Shown here one piece after another: positions 10,252-21,500 of a stretch of 64,000 bases of DNA (its first letter is position 1; the number at the start of each line of letters is the position of its first letter). The notes below the pieces were generated by a model, which saw only the letters and a list, made by a program, of their open reading frames with translations, ran no database searches and was not told the origin of the DNA. Made by a program: the position numbers and the translations under genes. The stretch is from Candidatus Thermosaccharophagus tengchongensis (GTDB taxonomy: Bacteria; Armatimonadota; Fervidibacteria; Fervidibacterales; Thermosaccharophagaceae), in assembly GCA_032161105.1 (NCBI GenBank), contig JAVHTD010000011.1. One strand, written 5' to 3'.

Positions 10252-11565
10252 TTACCTGAAACTATTCCTTCGGGTGGCTCCTTTCAAACCCAAAACCACC
10301 TTCGGACAAAAATCAACTTTAACCCTCACCACTCCACCTTTCGGCTCCAAAGTTTGCGCTTCGCCTTTGTGATTGACAACTGTAACGGTTCGTTCTGCCG
10401 CTAAATGGATGAGCACAACTTTGCCCTTCACTTCCGTCCAAACTGTCGCCAAGTGATCGCCATGGCGATGACGGAAAAGGTAAACAGTCAAGTCACTATC
10501 GCCCAAATCAATCTTGCGGACAAAACTTGCGCCATCAAGGTAAGTCGCAGCGACACGACATTCCGTTTGCACATCGGGGCGGTAACCGATGCTGCTTTTG
10601 TCGTAGTTCCACGAAAACAAAAACACCTTCTCACAGCCCAAAGCCAGCGAATGGGCAATCGCTTTCAAAGGCGAAAGGCGCAAGCCACCTTCAGTTCGCA
10701 TGTGAGTCGTTGCACCATCGGGCAAGTAATCGCAAGTGATGCCAGCGCCTTGCTCCGTGTTCCAAATTGGCTTGGCAATTTTTGCCTCCTTCATTGCACG
10801 CAAGTAATCTTCCATGCCTCCCGCATGCTGAGGTGGAGCCAACGGATAATGAACGCTTAGAACATCAAACAAGTCGGGGCGATGAACCAACTTCCTCAGG
10901 ACATCGCTGAGACCACGAAAGAGTTCGCCGGCGACGATGACAGCGTTTGGCTGCACCGACCGAATTGCCTCAGCCGTCCAATCCAGATAAGCCATGTAGT
11001 CATCGGCGGAACCGCGAAAGAAACCACCACCGTCAGGTTCGTTGCCAATCTGCCACGATTGACAATAAGCGCCGTAGCGACGGACAACTTGTTTAACGAC
11101 TTCCTGCCATTTTTCTTTGTCTCTCGGTGGCGTTAAATTGAGCGTTTCATCCCAATCGGCATGAGCACCTTTAGGGTCACGAGAAATCCAATCGGCTTGA
11201 CCGAGAAATTTGAGCAAGATACGCAGACCTGACTGGTGCAGCGTTTTCAAGGCGATTTCAAAGTTGCCGTAATTGAAATTGTAAACGCCCTCGCTGGGGT
11301 TGATTCGGCTGAGCGGAATATCTGTTTGAACCCAACCAAAGCCCGCTTTTTTGATAGCAGAGGCGAAATCTGGCAACTGGTATGGTCCTTTGGGTAGCAA
11401 GATGCAAACTCCGAGCATTGGCGTCTGAGCCTGTTGAGCCGGCTTTAACGGTTGATACTGCACTCCCAACGCTATTTGTTTCCCAATCACAATTCGCTGC
11501 TTTTGACAAGAAGCGAATATAACGATGAAAGCGGGCAACGCCATGAAAATCGCTTTGAGCCTCAT
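10252..11565 (-). CDS. Clan GH-A (GH39/GH5-like) glycoside hydrolase, putative lipoprotein
   Basis: WQIGNEPD (acid/base), FDVLSVHY and KPIWNTEQG (nucleophile) motifs. IFASC lipobox-like signal. Confidence 0.75.
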   Translation of the reverse strand: MRLKAIFMALPAFIVIFASCQKQRIVIGKQIALGVQYQPLKPAQQAQTPMLGVCILLPKGPYQLPDFASAIKKAGFGWVQTDIPLSRINPSEGVYNFNYGNFEIALKTLHQSGLRILLKFLGQADWISRDPKGAHADWDETLNLTPPRDKEKWQEVVKQVVRRYGAYCQSWQIGNEPDGGGFFRGSADDYMAYLDWTAEAIRSVQPNAVIVAGELFRGLSDVLRKLVHRPDLFDVLSVHYPLAPPQHAGGMEDYLRAMKEAKIAKPIWNTEQGAGITCDYLPDGATTHMRTEGGLRLSPLKAIAHSLALGCEKVFLFSWNYDKSSIGYRPDVQTECRVAATYLDGASFVRKIDLGDSDLTVYLFRHRHGDHLATVWTEVKGKVVLIHLAAERTVTVVNHKGEAQTLEPKGGVVRVKVDFCPKVVLGLKGATRRNSFR

Positions 11566-11608
11566 GTCCATTGCCTCCATCAAAGTTTGCGATTGTTGCC
11601 CTCAAGTT

Positions 11609-14600
11609 TTAGGGTGGGCTGAGCCATAGGCAGCCTGAGTTGGCTCCTCCTGCCCAGCGCAGAACCGAAGTGGTCGGTTTTCCCGCTTCCTCGTCCACAT
11701 CAATGTAGCACACATCAAAGCCGATAACATCGTTAGGCACAAGTGTCCACGAAAAAGGTAGCCACCTCAGTTGCACTTCCAGAATCCAACCGTCAGTTTG
11801 CTTGCGAACGACACCACAACTCAACAAAGATTGCCACTCGCCTTCTCTCAACGAGATGGTGGCAAGGGGCAGTGGCGAAACAGTTGGCTGATGGCTGACA
11901 CAAATTTTCAAGGTGTCGCCTTTCATCGGTTGGTCATCAAAGATGCGGGCAGCAAGATACAAATTTCCTTCCTCCCAACCACACCAAAAGGCGACGCGTG
12001 CATCGGCAAATTCTGGATCGCTCAAAAACTCCTTCAAGTGTTCGCCGCCTCCCTCCACCTGTTCCAACCATCGCCCAAATCTCGCCCACGAAAAACTGTA
12101 GTCAAGCCACGCTGGCGAGCGCTCTCGCCATTCACTCAAATCACCGTCCAATTTTGGCGTCAACTTTGGTGCGAGGACGATCCAAAGCGTGTCAAAGATG
12201 CCGCCAACGACTTTTTCGCCCTGCAGCAACCAAACATACAACTGGGCGTTCTCCAGCGGATGGCGCAACAATTTGCGGTTAAGCACACTCTCAAATCGGA
12301 CAGAAAAACCATCGCCGTGCCGAAGAAGGATTGGGTGACGCCGCTTTAAAAGCAACCACTGGTTGTCAGTCATGAGTTGACCGAGCGCCGTGCCCAACTC
12401 AATAGTGGTAGTTTTTGGTCGTTGCTTTTCATCGCCCAACCATCGCCCGTAAACCAACAAGTCCAGCCGTTCGGGATTTTCTCTGTTAGGCAAAACCGTT
12501 ATGCCCCCATAAGCTAAGTTAGGCGAAATGTAGGCATTGCGCAAAATTCTTTCCAACTCCGACCTTGACAATCGCTCGTTCCAGATGAACAAAGGCATGG
12601 GCATCAACTTGACATTGACGAATTCCCCTTTGCTTTCAACAAATTTCCACGCATTGCTGAAACAATCGGTGAAGCGGACAGCGCCTTTAGGTAAGTTGCG
12701 AAAAGTTACTGTGCGAACGGGTGACTGGGATGTTTGAGGCGTCGTGACATTGTGCCCGTAAAGTCCCGAAGGGGCATTTGACCAAGTGACGGCGTGGACA
12801 CGACCGCCTTGCTCAAATAGGAAGGCAATGACACCACTATCGCCTGCAGCAACTTCCCCCATTTTCACCTCACCCGCTGGAACAGCATTTGCCAACAGTC
12901 GCCCGATGCTCGCATAGACTGTGCCGAAAGGAAGCGGTGTTCCATCGTAGTCAATGAGTGGGAAATCGCTTGTTCGGTGCGTGCCGTTGTTTCGGATGCG
13001 ACCCGTATAATGTCCAACAACTTTCGCATCTTGCACAATGCACAACTTGACCAACTCCTGCGCTGCCATCGCTGCTTCAAGCAAGGCTGGGCGTGCATGT
13101 GGAAGTGTGTGATAGAAAGTTGGTTGCCCGTCCAACCCGACACCGATGCAGAACCAAGGTTTCCTCCATCGCTCTTGCAACCAACGAATTTTGCGGGCTT
13201 CCCAATAGGAAGCACCCCAAGAAGATGAACCAATGAAATCAACTTGCCCTTCCAACAATTCCAGCAACTCTTCATGATATTGCGGACACATACTCGTTCC
13301 AACTTGCAAATTAGCGTCAACGCTTTTAACGGATTCATAGGAGGCACGAAAGATTGGGACAAAATCGGATGGTGTAAAGTAAAGTTCCGTCTCATCTTCA
13401 ACGCACCAAAACTTAAGCCATTTACGGTAATGGCGAACAAGGGTTGAAACATACTCTCGCCACTTGGCGATGTCAGGGTAAACGGGTCGGTCTTTGGCGA
13501 AGTAGCGTTGAGTGTTGCGGGTGACACCCATCGTTTCACCAGGGACTTTCGTCCAGTCGGCGAAGAAAGGGCGTGGCTGCGATGCCCAAAGACAAGGCAA
13601 AGTGAGCAAACCAAACTTCCCCGCCATTGCCACCTGTTCATCAAACCATTGCCACTCGCCTTCCTTCGGGTTGGCTCGGTCAGGAAAGGTTGGGTAGAAC
13701 TTGCAGTAAAGTTGCCAACGAAAGCCCATGAGCGAAAAGAGCCTATAGGGATGTTCAAGGACATCCATGTTCGCTGCCAGTTCGTGCCGAACTTTTCCCT
13801 TTGGCATTGGTGGCAAAATGACAAAAACCAATTCCCCTTCAGGCATCTTATGCCCATCAATTGCCCACTGCAAACTGAATATGCCAAAGCCAATTTTTGG
13901 CGCATCGGCTTGTGCTCCCGACAATGGGAATGGCAACCGCAAAGTCGCCTTTGACTTGACGGCTATTGGCTTCGTTTTCCCTTCAGTGACAACTTCTTCC
14001 CAAAGGTTAACAATCCGATAGCGAACCGAAACTTGCCTTGTCTTTTCTCCGTCGTTGTGGAGCCACAAAATCAGGTTTCGTTTGTCCTTGCCCCACAAAA
14101 CCACATTGCCCAACTCTCCCGTTGAAAATCCCGCTTCAACCTCCGCTCGTGTTGCGAAAGGCGAAAGTTCGTCATACTCCAACTGGACGGCATCAACCCA
14201 AAGGGTTTCACTGTTCTCAATCCTGACATCAACGAAGCCTCTTGGCACATCGCCGCTGACGGAAAATCGCTGCCACTTCTCAGCCACTTGACAATCCATC
14301 GTTAGAAGTGGTTTGTATTCTGGCACGGAGCGCAAAATCACGGGCACAGTTTGTGGCTTCTCGCTGCGCAGGAAGAGCGAAAGGGTAACCTTGCCACCCT
14401 TTTCCAGCCAAAATGGGCGAGAAAATGGCTTGGCTTTTGCGGGCACTCGCAGGCAAAATCTCCCGTGGGCTGGATTTCGGTTGTCCAAATCGGCATCAGT
14501 AAAGATGTAGCAGTAGGTGTAATCCACATTCGTCGCTGCCCAACCATTCGGCATCCCTAACTCAAAACTTCCATTGGGGAACAAGTTCTTTCGCCCGTCA

Positions 14601-15328
14601 AAACTGCGCAGCAATATCCGTTGCGCCTCAAAAGGGAAAGGTGGTTGCCATCGCTCATGCACAAGTGGGATGGGTTTTTCTGGCAGGGGCAATTTATCTG
14701 TGCCGAACTTAACAAGTCTTTCCAGTTGCGGCGATGGAGGTTCGGTTTCTGAAAGGTTATCGGTTATGTAAATCGTGTCCAACCAAATGCTCGGCACTTG
14801 CGCTTCGTTCAAGTGGGCGACGCCAGCGCCGCCAAATTGAACTGCCCTCACTTGCACCACATCAGCGGGTTGTTTTATCGTGAACTCTTGCATCGGCAGC
14901 CATCGGAAATTGCGACCGACATTTCGCCAACGAAAGTCAACAGCAGCATCGCCAATTTGAACCAGCAAGATGTTATCCCGTTCAAGTTTCTCAGCCATTG
15001 TTGTCCCAATGACGCGAACGCTTATTCGGTAACGACCAGCAGGCAAAGGTTTTTCAAGGCGCTTTTGCATTGTCCGTTCCTTCGCTGTTGCGTGTATGGC
15101 AGCGACTTTCCCGTTGCCCCAAACTGTCCCATAGCCACGACAGTTGGCTTCACGGGCATACCAACCATCAACGAAAAACTTCGTGGCTGAGGGTGATGAA
15201 AGGCTGACAGCGTGAAAGGGCAAGTAAATCAAGCCATCAAAATCCTCGGCTTCAAGAACGAGCCTTAAAGTTTGGCTGAATGCGCAATTTGCTATGATGG
15301 CAAGCAGCAAAAAGCATGTTGCTCTCAT
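11609..15328 (-). CDS. Large secreted multidomain glycoside-hydrolase-like protein (CBM-like modules, GH-A-like barrel, CBM9-like C-terminus)
   Basis: Signal peptide. NLFPNGSFE...WVDAVQLE (CBM4-like). PKEGEWQWFDEQV...WREYVSTLVRHY (barrel). PKLDGDLSEW...NLYLAARIFDD...IGFDV (CBM9-like). Confidence 0.65.
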   Translation of the reverse strand: MRATCFLLLAIIANCAFSQTLRLVLEAEDFDGLIYLPFHAVSLSSPSATKFFVDGWYAREANCRGYGTVWGNGKVAAIHATAKERTMQKRLEKPLPAGRYRISVRVIGTTMAEKLERDNILLVQIGDAAVDFRWRNVGRNFRWLPMQEFTIKQPADVVQVRAVQFGGAGVAHLNEAQVPSIWLDTIYITDNLSETEPPSPQLERLVKFGTDKLPLPEKPIPLVHERWQPPFPFEAQRILLRSFDGRKNLFPNGSFELGMPNGWAATNVDYTYCYIFTDADLDNRNPAHGRFCLRVPAKAKPFSRPFWLEKGGKVTLSLFLRSEKPQTVPVILRSVPEYKPLLTMDCQVAEKWQRFSVSGDVPRGFVDVRIENSETLWVDAVQLEYDELSPFATRAEVEAGFSTGELGNVVLWGKDKRNLILWLHNDGEKTRQVSVRYRIVNLWEEVVTEGKTKPIAVKSKATLRLPFPLSGAQADAPKIGFGIFSLQWAIDGHKMPEGELVFVILPPMPKGKVRHELAANMDVLEHPYRLFSLMGFRWQLYCKFYPTFPDRANPKEGEWQWFDEQVAMAGKFGLLTLPCLWASQPRPFFADWTKVPGETMGVTRNTQRYFAKDRPVYPDIAKWREYVSTLVRHYRKWLKFWCVEDETELYFTPSDFVPIFRASYESVKSVDANLQVGTSMCPQYHEELLELLEGQVDFIGSSSWGASYWEARKIRWLQERWRKPWFCIGVGLDGQPTFYHTLPHARPALLEAAMAAQELVKLCIVQDAKVVGHYTGRIRNNGTHRTSDFPLIDYDGTPLPFGTVYASIGRLLANAVPAGEVKMGEVAAGDSGVIAFLFEQGGRVHAVTWSNAPSGLYGHNVTTPQTSQSPVRTVTFRNLPKGAVRFTDCFSNAWKFVESKGEFVNVKLMPMPLFIWNERLSRSELERILRNAYISPNLAYGGITVLPNRENPERLDLLVYGRWLGDEKQRPKTTTIELGTALGQLMTDNQWLLLKRRHPILLRHGDGFSVRFESVLNRKLLRHPLENAQLYVWLLQGEKVVGGIFDTLWIVLAPKLTPKLDGDLSEWRERSPAWLDYSFSWARFGRWLEQVEGGGEHLKEFLSDPEFADARVAFWCGWEEGNLYLAARIFDDQPMKGDTLKICVSHQPTVSPLPLATISLREGEWQSLLSCGVVRKQTDGWILEVQLRWLPFSWTLVPNDVIGFDVCYIDVDEEAGKPTTSVLRWAGGANSGCLWLSPP

Positions 15329-15353
15329 CGCCCTCACCTCAACTCAAATTCGT

Positions 15354-15378
15354 GCCCGTGAAAATCATTTTGACGGGC
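15354..15378. other. Intercistronic stem-loop
   Basis: GCCCGTGAAAAT-C-ATTTTGACGGGC near-perfect inverted repeat between co-oriented genes. Confidence 0.45.
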
Positions 15379-15411
15379 AAAACTCGTCAGCGAACTTCAT
15401 GCATGTTTCGC

Positions 15412-17454
15412 CTATCCCTGCTGGAGCGTCACTTCAGCGATAGCATAAACTCGCAATGATGGGATGGTGAAGCGCACCCGATTGCCCGTTTGCTCAAATG
15501 GTAAGTCCGTTTGCTCGCCGCTGTCAACTTCGTAAAGGCGCAACCGCTGCGCCTTTTGCCCTTCTGGAATCCTCAGCCGCACCACAACTGAGGAGACAGG
15601 TGTGACGCTTTGAGCATCTCGGTTGAGACCGACGGGCACTCGGTAGTTGAGCAAGTGAAGGACGATGCGTTCATCACTTCCCCATGCTGCCGATTGAACT
15701 TTTGCCCCTTCAGGCAAATTAATCGCACGCAACTCATCAGCCTTCTGAATTGCCAACTCACTCAACTTTGTCACCCGCAATGGTGGCAACGGTTGGCGAC
15801 GCTGGTAGGCTTCGGCAATCGGCTTCCAATCAGATTGTTCCAGTGGGTCGGGGCTTTGCAAGAGGGGCAGTTTTGCCATCCACTCTGGCAACTTAACTTT
15901 GCCCGCAACGATGACCAAGGGATAACGGCGAAGCAAACCTTCAGGCACTGCCTCGCCATTGAGCACATCCACAAGCACACCACGCCACTGCAATGCTTCA
16001 AAAACTTGCTGTGCTTCGAGCAAACTTTCCATCAACCCTTCCGTTGCGTCAGGGAAGACGACGATGGCGATATCACCCGAAGGGAGCAAACCCTCAAACA
16101 AATGGCAATGCTGATGAACAAAGGTGAAAAACTTTTGCCGCGCACAATGAGCAGGCAAATCGTTGTCGTTCAGAAAAGGTGAAAAGGCTGCACTTGAACC
16201 GACAACATGGACAGCGACGCCACCGCCAAAGGCTATCCCCTCTGCCAACGCCAGCAATGCCGAATGCTCGCTGTGGGCGAATTCTGGTTTGTAGCCTGCA
16301 AACGGTGCGCCGTAAAGGAAATGCGTCCCACGCTTGCCACGCATTGCATATGCCAATCGCAAAAGCCATGCGTTCGTTTGCGCCCAATCTTTGACCCCAT
16401 CGGGCAATTGTTCATAAAAGCCAGCCCATCGCCCCAACTTCTTGAGTTCACCCCAAATGATGCGGAAGATGCCAAGCCAGCAATGCTCAATCATGCACAA
16501 GTCCACACTGTCAGTGATTCGCCTTTGGAATGGCACTTCAATGTAGTTGACCGCCAAATACCCCATGCCAAGCTCACGCAACTCGTCAAAGTAGCGCAAG
16601 TAACTTTCAAGCCAAACTCGCTGTGGCGCTCTTTGTGCGATGTCGTAGGCTTTCGGTGACAAATCCAATCCCAACGAACTTGCAACTGCTTGACAATTTT
16701 GGCAATAGCAACGGTGTTCCAAAGCGTTATCCATCCAAACGCCGTCATAGCCGACTTTCAAAATCCAGCAAACGATAATGTGCTGCCACTCTCGCCAACC
16801 CTTCGCATTGATGCACATGCTGTAGCGCGTTAACGGCTTAAACTCTTCTCTTTGCCCGAAGCGAAAGACCAACTTGCCTTCAATATCTCGCTGCGTCCAT
16901 TCCATCGGGTCTCCTTGTGGGCGTTCCCCCAAGCCAAACTCATCGGCATATTCATGCCAACGGTCAAAGAAGGCAAAAAAGCCAAGGCGCATTTCTGGCT
17001 CGCCGAACATTGTCATCGGCGACATGTATGGGATGACAACCTTGACGCCTGCTGCACGGACATCTTTGACGAACTGCTCAATTGCCTTGATGCGAAGCAC
17101 AAGTTCCTCAGGTGAAAGGAGACGGCGTGGGTCTTCGTTGCGCCTTTGCGGAATTGGCGGAAAGACGACATTCTCCCCTCCGAAGGACAGAACAGGACCA
17201 ATGCTATGAGTAAATGGCGCTTCCTTGCCGACGATGAGGACTTCAGGAGCGAACTGGCGCAATCGCTCAATGAAACGCTGATAGCGTTCATCGGCGGGGT
17301 AGAGTGGCTCGCCTGCACCATTGAGCAAATGCACGGCATCGTAACTGTAGTCCAAAACGACATCGGGTGGCAGGCGAGACGGAGTTTGCGTCCAAGCTCG
17401 TGCAACCACAAGCGCCAAACAGCAAGATACAAGCAACCTTCCCATTCGGCCCAC
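15412..17454 (-). CDS. Secreted glycoside-hydrolase-like protein (TIM barrel + beta-galactosidase trimerisation-like domain)
   Basis: Signal peptide. MCINAKGWREW, GYDGVWMDNA, CYCQNC, LRRYPLVIV and IVLHLLNY motifs typical of GH42-like/uncharacterised GH families. Confidence 0.6.
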   Translation of the reverse strand: MGRMGRLLVSCCLALVVARAWTQTPSRLPPDVVLDYSYDAVHLLNGAGEPLYPADERYQRFIERLRQFAPEVLIVGKEAPFTHSIGPVLSFGGENVVFPPIPQRRNEDPRRLLSPEELVLRIKAIEQFVKDVRAAGVKVVIPYMSPMTMFGEPEMRLGFFAFFDRWHEYADEFGLGERPQGDPMEWTQRDIEGKLVFRFGQREEFKPLTRYSMCINAKGWREWQHIIVCWILKVGYDGVWMDNALEHRCYCQNCQAVASSLGLDLSPKAYDIAQRAPQRVWLESYLRYFDELRELGMGYLAVNYIEVPFQRRITDSVDLCMIEHCWLGIFRIIWGELKKLGRWAGFYEQLPDGVKDWAQTNAWLLRLAYAMRGKRGTHFLYGAPFAGYKPEFAHSEHSALLALAEGIAFGGGVAVHVVGSSAAFSPFLNDNDLPAHCARQKFFTFVHQHCHLFEGLLPSGDIAIVVFPDATEGLMESLLEAQQVFEALQWRGVLVDVLNGEAVPEGLLRRYPLVIVAGKVKLPEWMAKLPLLQSPDPLEQSDWKPIAEAYQRRQPLPPLRVTKLSELAIQKADELRAINLPEGAKVQSAAWGSDERIVLHLLNYRVPVGLNRDAQSVTPVSSVVVRLRIPEGQKAQRLRLYEVDSGEQTDLPFEQTGNRVRFTIPSLRVYAIAEVTLQQG

Positions 17455-17478
17455 CGCATTTCACCAAAAAGATCGGCT

Positions 17479-18471
17479 CTATTCGGAAAATTTGCGCGAA
17501 ATTCTCCCGGACAAAACAGCCGCATATCGCTCCATCGGTATGTTTCCGCCACTCACAATCCCGACGACTTTCTTACCGCGCAAGCGTTCTTTCAACTTAA
17601 TGGCTGCTGCCAATGATGCAGCGCCAGCTCCCTCGGCAACCACTTTGGCATGTTGGGAAAGCAAACAGATGGCATCGTTGATTTCCTCGTCGCTCAGGAG
17701 GATAAAATCGTCCAACACATCCCAAAGGATGCTCGTCGTCAACTCAAATGGGACTCGCGTTGCCAATCCTTCATGTTCCGTTTCCATTTTGGGGTATGGC
17801 TTTAGGTGGCGTTCCTTCCACGCATGCCAGACTGCTGGTGCACGCTCCGATTGACACCCAATTATTTGCACCTTTGGGTTAATGTGTTTGGCAACGATGC
17901 CATTGCCACACGCGCTGCTCCCTCCGCCGATGGGCACGATGATGACATCCACATCGGGCAGGTCTTCAAAAATTTCCAACCCCATTGTCCCAACGCCCGC
18001 GATTAATTTCGGCTCGTTAGCTGGGTGAACATACCGAAAACCTTCCTGTTGGGCAATCTGCTCAGCTTTTTCCCTCGCCTCGTCAAAATCCTTCCCGTGC
18101 AAACGGACCTCGGCACCCAAATTGCGCATCGCTTGCAGCTTCATCGGGTTGACATCTTTTTGCGGCGCATAAATGACGACACGCACGCCAAAAAGCCTCC
18201 CAGCAAATGCCAATGATTGACCGTGATTGCCAGTGCTGGCACTAATGACACCGACACGCTTTTCGTCGTCGCTGAGCGTCCCGACGAGGTAAACTCCGCC
18301 ACGCACCTTGAATGCACCAACAGGTTGGAAGTTCTCGCACTTGATGTAGTAATTGCAACCCAGCATCTGTGACAACGACCACACATACACCAGCGGGGTT
18401 TTTGGCAGGTAGTTTTGGATGAAGTTTCGTGCTTCTACAACATCGTGATAAGTTGGTCGCTGAAGTGGCAT
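17479..18471 (-). CDS. Threonine/serine dehydratase (PLP fold type II, no ACT domain)
   Basis: KCENFQPVGAFKVRG, ASTGNHGQ, VPIGGGS, AEGAGAA and SGGNI motifs. Confidence 0.9.
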   Translation of the reverse strand: MPLQRPTYHDVVEARNFIQNYLPKTPLVYVWSLSQMLGCNYYIKCENFQPVGAFKVRGGVYLVGTLSDDEKRVGVISASTGNHGQSLAFAGRLFGVRVVIYAPQKDVNPMKLQAMRNLGAEVRLHGKDFDEAREKAEQIAQQEGFRYVHPANEPKLIAGVGTMGLEIFEDLPDVDVIIVPIGGGSSACGNGIVAKHINPKVQIIGCQSERAPAVWHAWKERHLKPYPKMETEHEGLATRVPFELTTSILWDVLDDFILLSDEEINDAICLLSQHAKVVAEGAGAASLAAAIKLKERLRGKKVVGIVSGGNIPMERYAAVLSGRISRKFSE

Positions 18472-18581
18472 CTTCACCACCACCGCATAACAACGCCCTT
18501 TCCGCGCGCTGGCTTAGCTGGATAGCGATGCGACATGCTTTTGCGGTGTTCAAACGCAGAGTCTGCAAGCCTTTCACATGC

Positions 18582-21500
18582 TTATCGCACCTCCAACTTC
18601 ACCTCGTCCGAACGCAATGAGCACAGCTCTTGAGCACGAATGAGCCAATTGCCCAAGGCGTCGTTTTGCGCCAAGTCAATGGTCAGGCTCATGACGCCAT
18701 CCTTTGCGCCGTAGAAGCCGCTAAACTCAGCAGGTTGTCCGTTGGCATCTACGATGTCCACGCGAAGCGGAACAATAGCCTCTACGGGGCGACCTTTGTC
18801 ATCCATCACCATCACCTTGACAGCCACGCTTTCGCCACGCTTTGCACGCCTTGGGGCTTGAAGGCGAACGGCGGCGATTGGGTGGTCGGTGAGCAAGAAG
18901 ACCCTACCATCGCCAGGACCCAATTCCACATCAAAGGCTAAGCCGTTTGCCTCCTTGCGAACTGGTATGGCGCAATGCCTCACCATGTCGTAAACAGCAC
19001 ATGGTGGACGCCTCACAAACACCGTTGCCTTCAGCGGTAAACCTTTCTCCATCACCCTGCCATGATGCCCCACATAGTCTCCGAAGGTGCGCCTGTCATT
19101 GATGACGAAAAGATAGTCGGCATTGCGATAGGAGCGCACTCGCACAATTGCATCCATCTCGGAAGAGTCGGCATAGCGCTGATAGCGCGCATCCAATTGC
19201 TTTCGCAACTCGGCAGCTATGGCTTGCAACGCTGCCTTATCCTCGTCTGCCTTGCCAGTCCGCTGGTAGCTGCGGATGAGGATGTCAGGCTTTAGGGCTG
19301 GAGTTAGATGCTCATCGGCGATGATGAGACCGCCTTGGCGTTGAAATTCAGCCACACGGCTCACTATGCTCTCGGGCAAGACATCGCAGAATGGCATGAC
19401 GAGCACACGAAAGCCATTCAGACCATCGCGCAGGATGGTCTCCTCATAAACGATTTTCGGTTGAAGATGTGCCCATTGGAGGATGAGGTGCATATCCGCC
19501 TCCCAACGATGGCTCCAACCATAAGTGCCGCGCCCGGCAAACATTTGTGAGGTGAAGCTTTCCAAGATGGCTATATCGCTTTTTCGGTCTGGGACTTGCA
19601 ATAGCGTCGGACCGAGCGGGCGAACGACATCACGGATGAGTTCCGCCAGCACTTCCTTCGTTTTCGGGTTCGTGTAGCGATAACTCCCACCGGGCACCTC
19701 AACCAATGAGCCCCAACCGTGATACATGATGCCTTGCACCGGGCGAGAAATTTTCGTCCAGAAGGCTTCACGCAAATGGTCAGGGGCGATGGTGATGAAA
19801 CGGGCATCGGGGATGGCTTTCTCCCAATGGGCGCGCTTTGACTCATCCTCGGGCAACTCAGGCGCCGTCTGTGAGCGATACCAGATGATCTGCGTCATCT
19901 TCATCACCCGTTGACCATGTCTGCCCTCAGCCATGGCGAAGAGCTCATCGGTAGCCTGACCGATTTTGATTGGGTCGGGGTAGGAGTAAGTCCACTGCGA
20001 GATGACATCCACCACTCCGCCGCTTCCCCAAATGCTCGGCACGCGCACGGCAGGGTCAAAGAATGTCCAGATGTCCTTTCGCCCTGTGGACTTCAAGCCA
20101 CGATGGACTTCGGAGTGAAGCGCATTCCAACCATCGCCATCCTTCCAGAACCAGCGATAAAAGGTGAGGATGGGATGGTCATCTGGGACCACTCGTTGAG
20201 GTGATATGCCCGCCACATTCTCGTAGCGCACGCCCCATTTGCTCGTCACCGCATCCGGGACTTCATAGCCGGCGAAGTTGCGAAAGGCTTGTCGGTCGTG
20301 CTCGTGAAAGCAAAGATTCGTATTGTCGCGCACCTCGCTGTGGATGAGCGCAGCCTGCAAAGCGGGATGATGCCCGAATGTCCGTGCCACAGAAGCGCCC
20401 ACATTGAAGGCGAATGCTCGCATCTCGGGGAAGTTGGGACAGATGTCCTCACGCTCGTATGGCTTTCCATCACGGTTGATGCGCTGATACTTTGCCCTCA
20501 ACTCGGGCACTTGAAGCACCCAGCGCCCGGGGTAAAGGTAAACCACAGCACCGATGCCCTCAACCAAGTATTCATCCAACATGCGCATTCTCTCCCTCAC
20601 TTCATTGGGCGCTAAAGCCTCCGTCGGCTGCCCGGCATCCCAAATGCGTCGGTAATCCACCAGGTGGACGAGTTGATGGGTGAAGCCAATCTCCTTGATG
20701 CGCGGCAGGTCACCAGTTCCCCACATCACCACCGGCATTATGTTCGGAAGAGGGCGAGGGACAATCGCGATGGGAAACTCCTTCTTCGAACGACGGGTTC
20801 GCCCACCGCTCTTTACCTCTGCCACAATGCGCAATGGGTAACGGTCGGGACGAAGGGTTGTGTCCACGGACACCGAGAGGATATGAGCTTTGTTTGGCGG
20901 TAGGTTGGGCAAGGCGAATTGTCTTTCACGCCCTTGGAGATGCACACGGACAAAGCCCTTATCAAGCGTCGCCTCAGAGTCGTTAATGATGGCGATGTCC
21001 ACATGGGCATCCTTTTCCATGCGCACAAATGCCGTCCGACTGTGTGGTGCAATGTCCACCAAAACCGTTCCCGCAAAGTAAGGGACGATGCCACGGCAAA
21101 TGCGCACTTGGGCAATGTATCCGGGGAAGCCCGCATGGATGCTGCCATAGCGGTCGCCGATGACGAGGTCGTATTGCCCGGGCATAATTGAGCCACGCCC
21201 ATCATGGACGATGCGCCCGACAAGTTCGCCATTGAGGAAGATGCGCCCGATGCCATTGCCATTGTAGGTGAAGGCAATGTGCACCCATTTGCCCGGCTCA
21301 AGCGTGACCTCATCGGAGGCATATTCTGCCGAGTCCTTCCCATAGCCAAGGTAAGCGACGATGCGATAGCGATGCTCGCCGGTGCGGCGCAAGTAGAGGC
21401 AATAGTCACGATTGGCTTGTGGGAGGTCGCTTGGATAGGGGTAATATTTCTTGTCCAACAGGAAGGCGTTCGTTGAGCGGTTGAGCTCCGGCTTGGGCTT

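Noticed and set aside
12865..13905. 346-aa alternative-frame ORF
   Set aside because: Nested within the 1.2-kaa gene on the same strand; composition is not protein-like.
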